DNA of 64,000 bases from Centroscyllium fabricii (Eukaryota): NCBI GenBank assembly GCA_051313645.2, contig JBNRSN020000029.1, positions 11,160,001 to 11,224,000 on the forward strand, given 5' to 3'. Positions within the stretch are counted from its first letter, which is position 1. Each line of letters opens with the position of its first letter. The notes below the pieces were generated by a model that was not told the origin of the DNA, did no database searches, and saw nothing but the letters and a program-made list of their open reading frames with translations. Below, in pieces: positions 1 to 11,447 of the stretch. The position numbers and the translations under genes were made by a program.

Positions 1-12
1 TTGTTTCGGGAC

Positions 13-1701
13 TTAGAGTGGCGCCGGCACCTCCTGTGGGAGTGGGTGCTCGGGCTGGGGCTGCGGGAGCTCTTTCCTTGACCTCCCTCCACGGGGCTCT
101 ACAGTCTCTGCGCCAGTGGCCTGCCTTCCCGCATCTATGACATGTAGACTGCCCCGGGTTGCCCCCTCCTGATACCACTCTCTCTGCGCTGGGGCGTTTG
201 CGTTAGTCGCATACACCTTCCCCTTATCGCAATGCATCACCGAACTTCTGGTATTTTTATACCCAACCGTGAGTCGGTTGAGGACCGTCTCCTCTGTGGT
301 TAGAGCATCGGTGGGGTCAAACCACACCTTCGCCTGCTCTCTAACGGCGGGTAGGCTGTTGGCAACGATACACCGGAGCCACTGGGCTCTCCCGGCATCG
401 CGCAAAACAGCCCGTGCAGGTACATCTGGGCAGCTGCGCTGATACACAGGCCACAGCCTCCCGGCGAAAACCCGTGGGGGTTCTCCCTCCATCTGCACGG
501 TCCTACCCAGCCTTACAAACGGACCTTCATCGTCCATCCCTAATATTTCTAGGACCTCGTCCCGCAGGTCGTTATAACAATTCTCCCCCCTTTTGCTCTC
601 GTCGGAGAGACACTGAAGGATAGAGCTATCCAACGAGAAAAGCAACATCCTGGCTTGCTCCCCTTCGTCACAGCCGTTAATTGCTGCGGCCTGTTCGACC
701 TCCCTAAAATGCAGGGACGGATCGCCTGCTGCGGACAGCTTCCTGAAATGCCCTATCATGCTCCTTATCTGTTGCGAGCTATGGGGCACTATAACCTCAT
801 TCAGGATGGGCCCGGGATCCCCAGCCGCAGTGTCGGGACCCCGCCTCGTCTCTCGAACCGGACACATGGGTGCCGGGTCTGGATTCCCCACTTTGGGAAC
901 CTTTGCCGCCACCTCCTCTCTGTCCCCTTTCTCCCATGCTTGCGTATAGTGGGGTGATCGCGCGGGGAGCGCGGGGGCTGGTGCCTCCAGCGCCCTCCTC
1001 CTTAACTTTGGCTTCGGGGGTTCCTGAGCTACCTTTACCTCACCCACCGATGGGTCGATGAGGCACACCAGACCATTTGACCTGTTCAGGGCCTCCCTGA
1101 GGTCCTGAATCTCCTTTAAACAGGCGCTATGATCGGCGTCCTCATATTTGGCCTCGAGGGACATTTTGTATGCTGCCCTCATCCCCAGTAAATCCTCCTC
1201 CTGTGCCTTCAATTGGCCACTTAGGCGGACGCACCTTTCCCTGAGCTTCCCCTCACTTGACATGGCCTCTACTACCTGTCTTTCTAGGAGCTCGACCCTA
1301 GCCTCATGGCGGTTGGTCTTCACCTGGCGCTCATTGTTCAACGCCTCTAGCGCGGTGATTAACCGCTGCCCCCCTGAGACCTTTTCCTCCACTTCTAGGA
1401 CCAACCCTTTTATCTGCACGGTCTGCGCCGCAATCACCTGGTCCGAAAGCTGGACCTGCCTTTTATAACACATAAGCCATACGGCTTTTTCTACGGCCTT
1501 TTTATGCCCCTTGCTACCCGTCCAACGGATAGCTGCATCCAGTGGGCGTTTGTCTGCCAACAGGTCCCCAATCCACTGCTTTGTTAAATTTACTTTACTA
1601 AATACATAGTCAGCAATCCTTTCCTCCATTACGCTTCTTTTATTCAAAGCTGAGTCCAATGGATCTCTCTCCTGCTGCCAGCGTCGTGCCGCGGTCGCCA
1701 T
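13..1701 (-). pseudogene. gag: Gag of a Ty3/Gypsy-type LTR retroelement (coiled-coil N-terminus, capsid-like domain, frameshifted CCHC knuckle)
   Basis: 562-aa ORF directly after an LTR and PBS. It has a capsid MHR-like motif (QMEGEPPRVFAGRL). A CCHC knuckle CHRCGKAGHWRRDC is encoded at 142-101 in the -1 frame relative to the ORF, so a frameshift precedes it. pol would lie left of the window. Confidence 0.8.
1683..1700 (-). promoter_or_regulatory. Primer binding site complementary to the tRNA-Arg 3' end
   Basis: Minus strand reads TGGCGACCGCGGCACGAC, 3 nt after the LTR end. This is 17/18 complementary to the vertebrate tRNA-Arg 3' end as recalled (...GUCCUGCCGCGGUCGCCA). Confidence 0.8.
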
Positions 1702-1703
1702 TC

Positions 1704-3253
1704 TGTAAGGAGCGTGCGCCGTATATTTTACTGTACGACTTGGGGTCCGTTATTGCCTTGCGCTAGCAGTCCGCTAGGCCTCGCGCAATAACCTCCTCCC
1801 CCGCGAGCGGTTCGAATCGCTCACTCTTTACGGTTCTAGACGCTGGACTTAGGTGCAGGAAGAGAGAGAGAGAGAGATGGATACCGATTGGATGCCGATT
1901 GGACTCAGACTATTGACTCGAATAAAAGTTTGCAAAGTTGGAAGATTTTATTACATCAGGAGATATATTTACAGCAGTAAGGATAAAGGTTTATTACACC
2001 AAGAGATATATTTACAGCAGTTAGGTTGTATTTTCTCGGGTCAACACAGTGTGGAACACCAACAATTGTTCCCAAATAGATATATATACATATGCACATA
2101 CACAAACAACTCATAGGATGGGGAACGCACGACACATCGTAAATCGGGGCAATGACTCTAAAATTACACCCCAAACGAACCACCCTTCCCTCTATTGCCT
2201 AGCTATGTCCAGGTGTGTAGGATCAATGCACATGCTCACCACTCGGTAATACTCGGGTTCTGCTACGAAGTCCCTCGTTTCTTCGGCTGCAGCGTCGGTC
2301 GTCACGTGGCTGTGGAAGATTCGGGAGTCCACTTGTTGTTTTCTCCCTTTGGGCGGCGGTCGCTCCTGCTCGGGCTGGTCCCAACTACCTCGCCAGCAAT
2401 GGTTCTACGATGCGATACTGCCCTGACCCAACTCTGCTGTCCTGCCAGAGCCTGCACCCTGCTTGCCCTGCACCCAGAAAACTGAACTGGAGTCTTCGAG
2501 AAAGACAGCCCACCCAAAGTCACTGCTAGACCTCACCGCTTCAAGAGGTCGCCTCCACGAGTCAAGAGAGAGAAATCCAAGAGCCTTCTCCAAGAGCTCA
2601 CCGATGAGAAGCGATTTTACAAGAGAGTCTGTTACAAGAGAGTCAAACCCCCCTCCTCCAGGGAGTCCGAGATGAAGAGAGAGATCGAACTGTGAAATGT
2701 GCTGCCAGTTATACCCCAAAGTCGAACTGCCTAATGTCTTTCCCATTAGAGCCTGTATTGTGTGTGGAAAGCGGTTATAGCACCCCTTTTGTCTAGCCAA
2801 GCCTGCCGGTAATAGTTTGATGGCGGCTCTAACTTCTCAGGTTAGAGCCCCTTTGTTTTCAAGGGTGCTAATCGCTTTCTGCTGGAAGGGTATACAATTT
2901 CTGTAGCTGGCTGAACGGACCAGCTGCTTCGTTTCTGCAGTTGTTTTGGGTGATTATTTAAACTGGGTGCATTTCTTTGTCGGGCTAATCGGCCTCTAAA
3001 AGGCAGGCTATTTATTTCCAGGTTTAACAGCGCCTTTATGTCTGGTTTCTTCGCGGGCTTTTCGAGTTGGGTTTTTGGTTTCGGTTTGTACTGTGCCATG
3101 TGGTCCGGCGGCCATCCTGGAGGCCCCTTTTTCTCTGATCAGGCCACAGCCTGTCTTGTCTGTCATTGTCCAAATAAAATAAAATGTGTATACTCCATCC
3201 TTCGTTTCTTGTCTTTGTGGATCTGATTTAACAGGGAATATTGCGACCTTACA
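1704..3253 (-). mobile_element. 5' LTR (1550 bp) of the left-hand Gypsy element
   Basis: Perfect 7-bp inverted termini TGTAAGG (1704) and CCTTACA (3253). It abuts the PBS on one side and abruptly cuts the neighbouring integrase (…SRWQEV|) on the other. Minus-strand AATAAA at 1947-1952 and 1990-1995; candidate TATAA near 2709-2713. Confidence 0.8.
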
Positions 3254-6200
3254 GACCTCCTGCCAACGGGAGACTGGAAGGCCTCTGGACTTCAGGCCCA
3301 GGTTGACCGCCTTCCAGATGGTCCCGTTCTCCCTTTCAACCTGGCCGTTCCCCCGGGGGGTGTAACTGGTCGTTCTGCTTGAGGCCCCCTTTCTGAAGCA
3401 GGAATTGACGCAGTTCATTGCTCATGAACGACGATCCCTGGTTGCTATGGATATCTGGGCAGGGGAAGGCAAAGGGGAAGCGTGAGAATTCATCTATGAC
3501 CGTAAGGAAGTACGAGTTGCGGTCAGTGGAGGGGAGGGGGCCTTTGAAGTCCACGCTCAGGTGTTCAAAGGGGCGGGTGGCCTTGATGACGTGCGCCGTG
3601 TCTGGCCTGTAGAATTGGGGTTTGCACTCGGCACAGACAGGGCACTCTTTGGTCATAGCCTTTATCTCCATGATGGAGTAGGGGAGGCTACGGGATTTGA
3701 CGAAGTGGGCGAGTCTGGTGACACCCGGGTGGCAGAGGCGATCGTGGAGGGCCTTCAGCCGGTCCAGCTGGGCGCTGGCGCACGTTCCCCTGGACAGTGT
3801 GTCCGGGGGTTCGTTGAGCTTGCCTGGACGGTAAAGAATGTCATACTCGTAAGTCGAGAGTTCGATCCACCACCGAAGGATCTTATCATTCTTGATTTTA
3901 CCCCGTTGTTTATTGTTAAACATAAACGCTACCGACTGTTGATCGGTGAACAGGGTAAAACGCTTACCGGCCAGGTAATGACGGCAGTAGCCTCCACGAT
4001 GGCCTGGGCCTCCTTTTCCACCGCTGAGTGGCGAGTTTCGGGTCCCTGTAGGGTCTGGGAGAAGAACGCTACGGGCCTGCCTGCCTGGTTCAGGGTGGCG
4101 GTAAGGGCGAAGTCCGAAGCGTCACTCTCCACCTGGAAGGGAATGGACTCATCAACGGCGTGCATGGTCGCCTTGATGATGTCTTCCTTAATCCGGGCGA
4201 ATGCCGTTTGGGCTTCTGCCAAGAGGGGGAAGACGTCGTCCTTGAGGAGAGGTCTGGCCTTATCCGCGTACTGGGGGACCCAATGCACGTAATAAGAAAA
4301 GAACCCTAGACATCTCCTCAGGGCTTTAGGGTTGTGAGGTAAAGGCAGCTCTTGCAAGGGGCGCATACGCTGTGGGTCGGGGCCGGGGACCCCGTTTTCC
4401 AGCACGTATCCGAGGACAGCGAGCCGATCCGTACTAAAGACACACTTGCTTTATTGTACATTAGGTCCAGCCGTTTCGCCGTGTGCAGGAATTTGGCTAG
4501 GTTGGCATCGTGGTCCTGCTGGTCATGGCCGCAGATGGTCACGTTGTCCAAGTAGGGAAAGGTGGCCTGCAACCCGTTCTGGTCAACCATGCAGTCCATC
4601 TCCCTCTGAAACACCAACACCCCATTGCTCACACCGAAGGGGACCCGGAGGAAGTGGTAGAGCCGGCCGTTCGGCACGAAAGCGGTGTACTGGCGGTCAG
4701 ATTTCCGGATGGGGAGTTGCTGATACGCCGACTTGAGGTTGATTGTGGAAAAGACCTTGTACTGGGCGATCTGGTTTACCATATCCGAGATGCGGGGGAG
4801 GTGGTAGGCGTCGAGCCCGGTGTAGCGGTTAATCGTCTGGCTATAGTCGATGACCATGCGCAGTTTCTCACCCGTCTTAACCACCATGACCTGGGCCCGC
4901 CAGGGGCTGGTGCTGGCCTCAATAATCCCTTCTTTCAGCATGCGCTCGATCTCCGACCTGATGAACACCCAGTCCCCTGCACTGTAACGCCGACTTTTGG
5001 TAGCAATGGGCTTGCATTTAGGGTCGAGATTGGCGATCAGTGAGGGGGGGTCGACTTTTATTGTGGACAGGCCGCAAGTCGAGCTCCGCATTAAATTGGG
5101 ATTTTCCTGGCTGCTGACGGTGAGGGGGGCCAGGGTTCCACTAAAATCCATCGTCACGCTCTTCAGGTGACACTGGAAATCCAGTCCCAGTAATACTGGG
5201 GCGCACAGCTGCTGGAGTACGTAAAACTTAAAGTTGCGGTAAATGCGGTCCCTGATCGTGAGCGTGATGCTGCAGTAGCCGGTGACGTCCGCCGTGTGGG
5301 ACTTTGAGGCAAGGGAGATTTGGTAGTGCGTGGGCTGGGTGTGCAGTGCGTAGCGCCGCACTGTGTCGAGATGTATAAAGCTCTCTGTGCTACCGGTGTC
5401 GAACAGGCAGTTAGTGGCGTGCCCGTCCACCTTTATCCCCATCATGGAGTTGGACAAGGTGTGCGGCCTCGCCTGATCGACGGTGGCTGAGGCTGAAGTG
5501 TATGTGCGTGAGTGGGGGCCCTCCGCTAGCTGGGGCCCCGGACGGGGCGGTTGGCAAGATGGCCGCTCAGAAGATGGCGGCGCTGGCGATTCGCACGCGT
5601 CCGACTGCTGTGGGCAAGATGGCGGCGACCGTGGTTCGCACGCGGCCGACCGGTGGACAAGATGGCGGCGCCCGTGGTTCGCCCACGGCTGACCGCTTTC
5701 GATAATATGGCGGTGCCCGTGGTTTGCACGCGGCCGACCGCTGTGGACAAGATGGCAGTGCCCGTGGTTCGCACGCGGCCGACTGCTGTGGACAAGATGG
5801 CGGCCCCCGTGGTTCGCAAGCGGCCGACCGCTGTGGATAAGATGGTGGCGCCCGTGGTTCGCACGCAGCCGGCCGTGGTGGACAAGATGGCAGCGCCGGG
5901 GGGTCGCACATGGCCGGTCGCGGTCGCGTTTGAGATGGCGGCGCCTGTGCCGCGCGCGCAGCCGTCCTCCACTGTACAGTTAAGGGGGGTTGAGGCACCC
6001 GCAATTTACCCCCGACTGACCGCTGCTGGGTCGCGCTGCAACACCGTACCTGGAGCCACGGAGTGGCATTGCTGTTATCGCCGGCCGCGCTGTTGGGTCT
6101 GGAGGTGGAGGCTGGGCTGGATTTGCACACCTTCGCGTAGTGCCCCTTCTTCGCGCACCGCGCGCAGTTAACATTCTTCGCGGGGCACTGCACCCGCGGG

Positions 6201-6886
6201 TGCTTTCCTTGGCCGCAGAAGTAGCATCTGTATCCGGCGGTGTCTTCGCAGTCGCCGCTGCCATCGTTGGGGCCTCGGCCTGTCGCTGTGTCGCCCAGGG
6301 GTCAGGGGTACAGTGGGAGCCGTGATCCCCGTACGCATCCATCTTTCGAAGCGCTCCATCCACCGCATTAGAAAGCGTTAGCGCGGACTCAAGCGACAGT
6401 GTTGCCTACTCCAGCAGCCGCTGGCGGGCCTGGCTGGACCTGAGTCCTGCCACATAGGCATCACGGATTAGGAGGTTCGCCTCTTCCTCCGCTGTCCTTG
6501 CCTTGCAGTCGCAGGCCCGTGCGAGGGCTTGGAGCGCGAGTAGAAATTGTTCATTTGACTCACCGAGTCGTTGTCTTCTGGTTGCCAGAACATGCCTGGC
6601 ATTGACCGAGTGGGCCGGGCGTATGTAGGAGTCCTTTAATTTCTTGGCCGCTTCCTCGTAAGTCTTGAGGCCGCGGATAAAGGAGTACACCCGGCCGCTG
6701 ATCCATGATGAGAGTACCTGGAGTTTGTCCACATCCCTCGTAGCCTTTACGGCCTTCATGTAGGCCTCAACCAGGCCAAACCAATGTTCAAAGTCGTAGG
6801 CAGCATCGGGTGCCTGAGGATTTATATCGAGGCGATTCGGTTTCACTGCGTTGCTCTCCATGTTTTAAAAATTTAGTTAATAAAAT
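3254..6886 (-). mobile_element. Mag-like Ty3/Gypsy retrotransposon copy 1, internal gag-pol, degraded and interrupted in integrase
   Basis: Gag 6861-6406 with a premature stop, double knuckle CYFCGQGKHPRVQCPAKNVNCARCAKKGHYAKVC, protease CLFDTGS, RT (PFG…PYLDNV), RNase H (ESDASD…EKEA) and integrase (H..LCHPG…CPVC, DFKGP, GNGQVER). Multiple frameshifts and an in-frame deletion in the IN core relative to copy 2. Confidence 0.93.
5555..5945. repeat. About 45-bp tandem repeat between gag knuckles and protease (copy 1)
   Basis: Unit GACAAGATGGCGGCGCCCGTGGTTCGCACGCGGCCGACCGCTGTG, about 8-9 degenerate copies. It reads ACEPRAPPSCPQRSA in the gag-pol frame. Confidence 0.9.
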
Positions 6887-7146
6887 TGACGTATCGTCAA
6901 TTAATACACAAAGATGAGTAGTTACCTAAACTACAGGCTTTTATTAACTGAGAATGGAGCTCGTCTCCTAATGAGGTCAAGGTGAAGAATGAGCGGGGGC
7001 AGGGCAGCACTGACCTATATACTCCGACCTGAGGGGAGGAGTTAGAGGTCTGGCTGACCTGGCCTGCAATACATTACAGGTGAACCAGCAACTATTTACA
7101 GTGGTTATTACATGATTACCACAGTGGTAAATATAGGGTTACCATA
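6887..7146 (-). mobile_element. LTR between Mag-like copies 1 and 2
   Basis: Starts TGACGTATCG and ends GGTTACCATA; homologous to 11169-11447. The minus-strand polypurine tract AAAGAAGGGGTGAA (7147-7160) precedes it. TATA-like sequence near 7016-7021. Confidence 0.85.
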
Positions 7147-10100
7147 TTCACCCCTTCTTTGAAAATGAGTCCGGCGGGGTGAATGTGTGTCAACATTCTG
7201 CTATAAGTCTCTCGGGTGGCCTTGTCTGCCGAAGGGACCGGCGGTGTGCCGGTGCTTGCGGTTCCGCCCGCGGGGTCGGGGGCGTGTTGTTAGCCGCCGG
7301 TGCTGGTGGCGGTCTGTCGGTCCTATCGTCGTCGGCTGGCGATGTCGAGGGCCCCGGTGTGTGTGCGTACGTGGGCCAGTGGCCGGTGGGTGGTGGCTGG
7401 CAGAGCTGGGGCTTGGCTGGGGGTTCAGTGTTCGTGATCCCGGCAGGCGCCAGGTCCCTGATTGAGACCGTGTCTTCGCGCCCATCCGGGTATGCCACGA
7501 ATGCGTAATGCGGGCTGCCGTGGAGCAGATGCACCCATTCCACCAGGGGGCCCATCTTGTGGCCGCGGATGTGCTTCCTAAGCAAGACTGGCACCAGGGT
7601 GGTCAGCCACATGGGAGTGCCGTCCCCGAAGTCGATTTCCTGGGGAAGGAAAACAGTTGGTCATGAGGTGTGGTGTTGGTTGTGGTGAACAGCAGAGAGC
7701 GGATGGAATGGAGCGCGTCGGGGAGGACCTCTTGCCAATGGGAGATTGGAAGGCCTCTGGACTTGAGGGCCAGGGTGACCGCCTTCCAGATCGTCCTGTT
7801 CTCTCGTTCTACCTGGCCGTTCCCATGGGGGTTATAACTGGTCGTTCTGCTCGAGGCAATCCCCTTCTGGAGCAGAAACTGACGCAGTTCGGCGCTCATG
7901 AACGACGACCCCCGGTCACTGTGGATGTAGCCAGGGAGGCCAAAGATGGCGAAATGCGTGGTGAAGTGCTTGATCATCGTTGTGCTCGTCATATCTGGGC
8001 AGGGGAAGGCAAAGGGGAAGCAGGAGAACTCGTCGATGACCGTGAGGAAATACGAGTTGCGGTCAGTGGAGGGGAGGGGATCTTTGAAGTCCACACTCAG
8101 GCGCTCGAAGGGGTAGGTGGCCTTGATGAGGTGCCTGTAAAATTGGGGTTTGCACTCGGCACAGACAGGGCACTCACTGGTCATAGCCTTTATCTCCAAG
8201 ATGGAGTAGGGGAGGCTGCGGGACTTGACAAAGTGGGCATGTCTGGTGACACCCGGGTGGCAGAGGCTATCGTGGAGGGCCTGCAGCCGGTCGAGCTGGG
8301 CGCTGGCGCACGTTCCCCTGGACAGGGCGTCCGGGGGCTCATTGAGCTTGCCGGGTCGGTAAAGAATGTCGTACTCGTAAGTCGAGAGGACGATCCGTCA
8401 CCGGAGGATCTTGTCATTCTTAATTTTACCCCGTTGTTTCTTGTTAAACATAAACGCCACCGACCGTTGGTCGGTGAGTAGTGTAAATCTCTTACCGGCC
8501 AGGTAGTGGCGCCAGTAGCGCACTGCCTCCACAATAACCTGGGCCTCCTGTTCCACTGATGAGTGCTGAATTTCAGGTCCCTGTAGGTTCCGGGAGAAGA
8601 AAGCAACGGGCCTGCCCGCCTGGTTGAGGGTGGCGGTGAGGGCAAAGTCCAATGCGTCACTCTCAACCTGGAAGGGGATGGACTCATCAACGGCGTGCAT
8701 GGTAGCCTTGATGATGTCTTCCTTAATCTGGGCGAAGGCCGTTTGGGCTTCTACCGAGAGTGGGAAGACGTCGGCCTTGAGAAGAGCTCTGGCCTTATCC
8801 GTGTACTGGGGCACCCATTGTGTGTAATAGGAAATAAACCACAGGCATCTCTTCAAGGCTTTGAGGTTGTGAGGTAAGGGCAGCTCCTGCAGGGGTGCAT
8901 ACGTTGGGGATCGGGGCCGAGGACCCCATTTTCCACCACGTAGCCGAGGATGGCGAGCCGGTCCGTACTAAAGGTACATTTGTCCTTATTGTACGTCAGG
9001 TTCAGCCGTTGGGCCGTGTGAAGGAATTTGGCGAGATTGGCATCGTGACCCTGTTGGTCATGGCCGCAGATGGTCACGTTTTCCAGATAGGGGAAGGTGG
9101 CCTGCAACTCGTTCTGGCCAACCATCCGGTCCATCTCCAGTTGGAAGACAGACACTCCATTGGTAACGCCAAAGGGGACCCGGAGGAAGTGGTAGAGCTG
9201 ACCGTTAGCCTCGAAGGCGGTGTTCTAGCGGTCTGATGCCCGGATGGGGAGTTGGTGATACTTAAGGTCAATAGTGGAGAAGACCTTATACTGGGCGATC
9301 TGGTTGACCATATCGGAGATTCGGGGAAGTGGGTACGCGTCGAGCTCAGTGTAGCGGTTAATGGTCTGGCTATAGTCTATGACCATGCGCAGTTTCTCAC
9401 CCGTCTTATCCACCATGACCTGGGCCCTCCAGGGGCTGGTGCTGGCCTCGATGATCCCTTCCCGTAACAGGCGCTCGACCTCCGTCCTGATAAATGCCCG
9501 GTCCTCTACACTGTATCGCCGACTCTTGGTTGCAATGGGTTTACGTTTGGGGTCGAGGTTGGCGAACAATGAGGGGGGGTCCGCAGGTTGAGCGCCGTGG
9601 TAGGTCGGGGTCGTCCCGGCTACTGACTACGAATGGGGGCCAGGGGCCCGCCGTATGCCATCGTTGCGCTCTGCAGGTGACACTGGAAATCCAGTCCCAG
9701 TAATTCTGGGGCGCAGAGCTGTGGGAGAACATACAACTTAAAGTTGCGGTATGTGCGTTCCCTGATGGCGAGCGTAACGCTGCAGTAGCCGGTGATGTCT
9801 GCCGTGTGGGACTTGAAGGCTAGGGAGATTTGGTAGCGCATGGGCCGGGTCTACAGTGTGTAGCGCCGCACCGTGTCGGGGTGTATGAAGCTCTCTGTGC
9901 TGCCGGTATCGAACAGGCAGTTAGTGGCATGTCCCTCCACCTTGATCCTCATCATTAAGTTGGACAAGGAGTGTGGCCTGGACTGGTCGGCCGTGGCTGA
10001 GGCTGATGTTGGGTGAGTGTGGGGGCCCTCCGGTAGCTGGGGCCCCGTCTGGGGTGAGTAGCAAGATGGCCACGCTGAAGATGGCCGCACCGGTGATTCG

Positions 10101-11168
10101 CACGCGGCTGGCTGTTGCAAAGATGGCGGTGCCTGGTGCGGCCAAGATGGCGGCGCCCGTGGTTCGCACATGGCCGGCCGCTGTTATTCGGAAGATGGCG
10201 GCGCCCGTGGTTCGCACGCGGCTGGCCGCTGTTGTGTGCAAGATGGCGGCGCCTGTGGTTCACACATGGCCGGTCGCGCCCGCGCTGAAGATGGTGGCGC
10301 CTGCGCTATGCGCGCAGCCAGCCGCCGCCGTGATTTTAAAAGTGATGCCGGCGCCCGTGGTTCGCACGCGGCTGGCTGCTGCTGGGTCGCACCGCAGCAC
10401 GGTACCTGTGGCCACGCCGTGGCATCGTTGGCTTCGCAGGCCGCGCTGTTGGCCCGGAGGTCGGGAGCGACTTGCAGTCTTTGGCGAAGTGGCCCTTCTT
10501 CCCACACTTCGCGCAGGACGCGCTCTTCGTGGGGCACAGTGATCGCGGGTATCTCGCCTGGCCGCAGAAGTATCATTTGGGTCCCGCCGGCATCTTCACA
10601 GCAGCCGCTGCCATCGTTGGGGCTTCGGCCCGAGCCTGCGGCGCCCAGAGGTTAGGTGGGCCTGAGTGGGGGTTGCTCTCCCCTTATGCGTCCAGGCACC
10701 GGAGCGCCTCATCCACCGCATTGGATAGCGTAATGGCAGACTCGAGTGACAGTGTCTCTTGTTCCAGCAGCCGTTGGCAGGCCTGGCTGGACCGGAGTCC
10801 CGTATCGTATGTGTCGCGGACCAGGTGATTGGCGTATTCATCAGCCGTCACTGCCTGGCATCCGCAGGCCCGTAGATGCCTGGTGTAGACTGCATTGACC
10901 GGGCGCATGTAGATGTCCTTCAGTTTCTTGGCGGCGTCTGTAAAAGTTTTGGTGACTCTAATCAATGAGTACACCCAGCTGCTGACTCTGGAAACCAGTA
11001 CCTGCAGCTTGTCTACGTCGTTGGTCACTTTTACAGCCTTCATGTAGGCCTTGACACAGCGAAACCAATGTTCGAAATCGTTGGCAGCGTCCGGCGCCTG
11101 GGGATTGAGATCGAGGCGTTCCGGCTTCACTTCGCTGCTCTCCATTTTCAAAATATAGTTAATAAAAT
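7147..11168 (-). mobile_element. Mag-like Ty3/Gypsy retrotransposon copy 2, internal gag-pol, degraded
   Basis: Gag 11151-10684 (MESSEVKPERLDLNPQAPDAA), protease CLFDTGS, RT, RNase H, integrase (HSDRGSSF, GNGQVER) and IN C-terminus ending at 7190. Many frameshifts and stops; colinear with copy 1. Confidence 0.93.
10060..10385. repeat. About 45-48-bp tandem repeat between gag and protease (copy 2)
   Basis: Repeated AAGATGGCGGCGCCCGTGGTTCGCAC motif, homologous to 5555-5945. Confidence 0.85.
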
Positions 11169-11447
11169 TGACGTATCGACAATAATACTCAAAGACACAT
11201 AGTTACCTCAACTAAAGGCTTCTATTAACTATAGAACAGAGCTGCTCTTCGGCTGAGCTCAGGACAGGAAATGACCGGGGAATGGTGAGCGACCACCTAT
11301 GTACTCCGACCTGAGGGGAGGGGTTAGAGGCGGGGCAGTTCCTGCAGCCAGGTATATACAGATATGTACAGATAAATACGCTAACACAGTAAGGTCCTTT
11401 ATAGGTACAACATTATATACACAAGTAGTAAATACAGGATTACCACA
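11169..11447 (-). mobile_element. 5' LTR of Mag-like copy 2
   Basis: TGACGTATCG…GGATTACCACA termini. Shares blocks with 6887-7146 (AGTTACCT, TATTAACT, TACTCCGACCTGAGGGGAGG). Confidence 0.85.

Noticed and set aside
1805-1822. tRNA gene suggested by GGTTCGAATC
   Set aside because: No cloverleaf or A box; it lies inside an LTR.
3561-10828. Plus-strand ORFs of 150-270 aa over the Mag-like elements
   Set aside because: These are antisense shadows of GC-rich gag-pol and its repeat, with no independent motifs.
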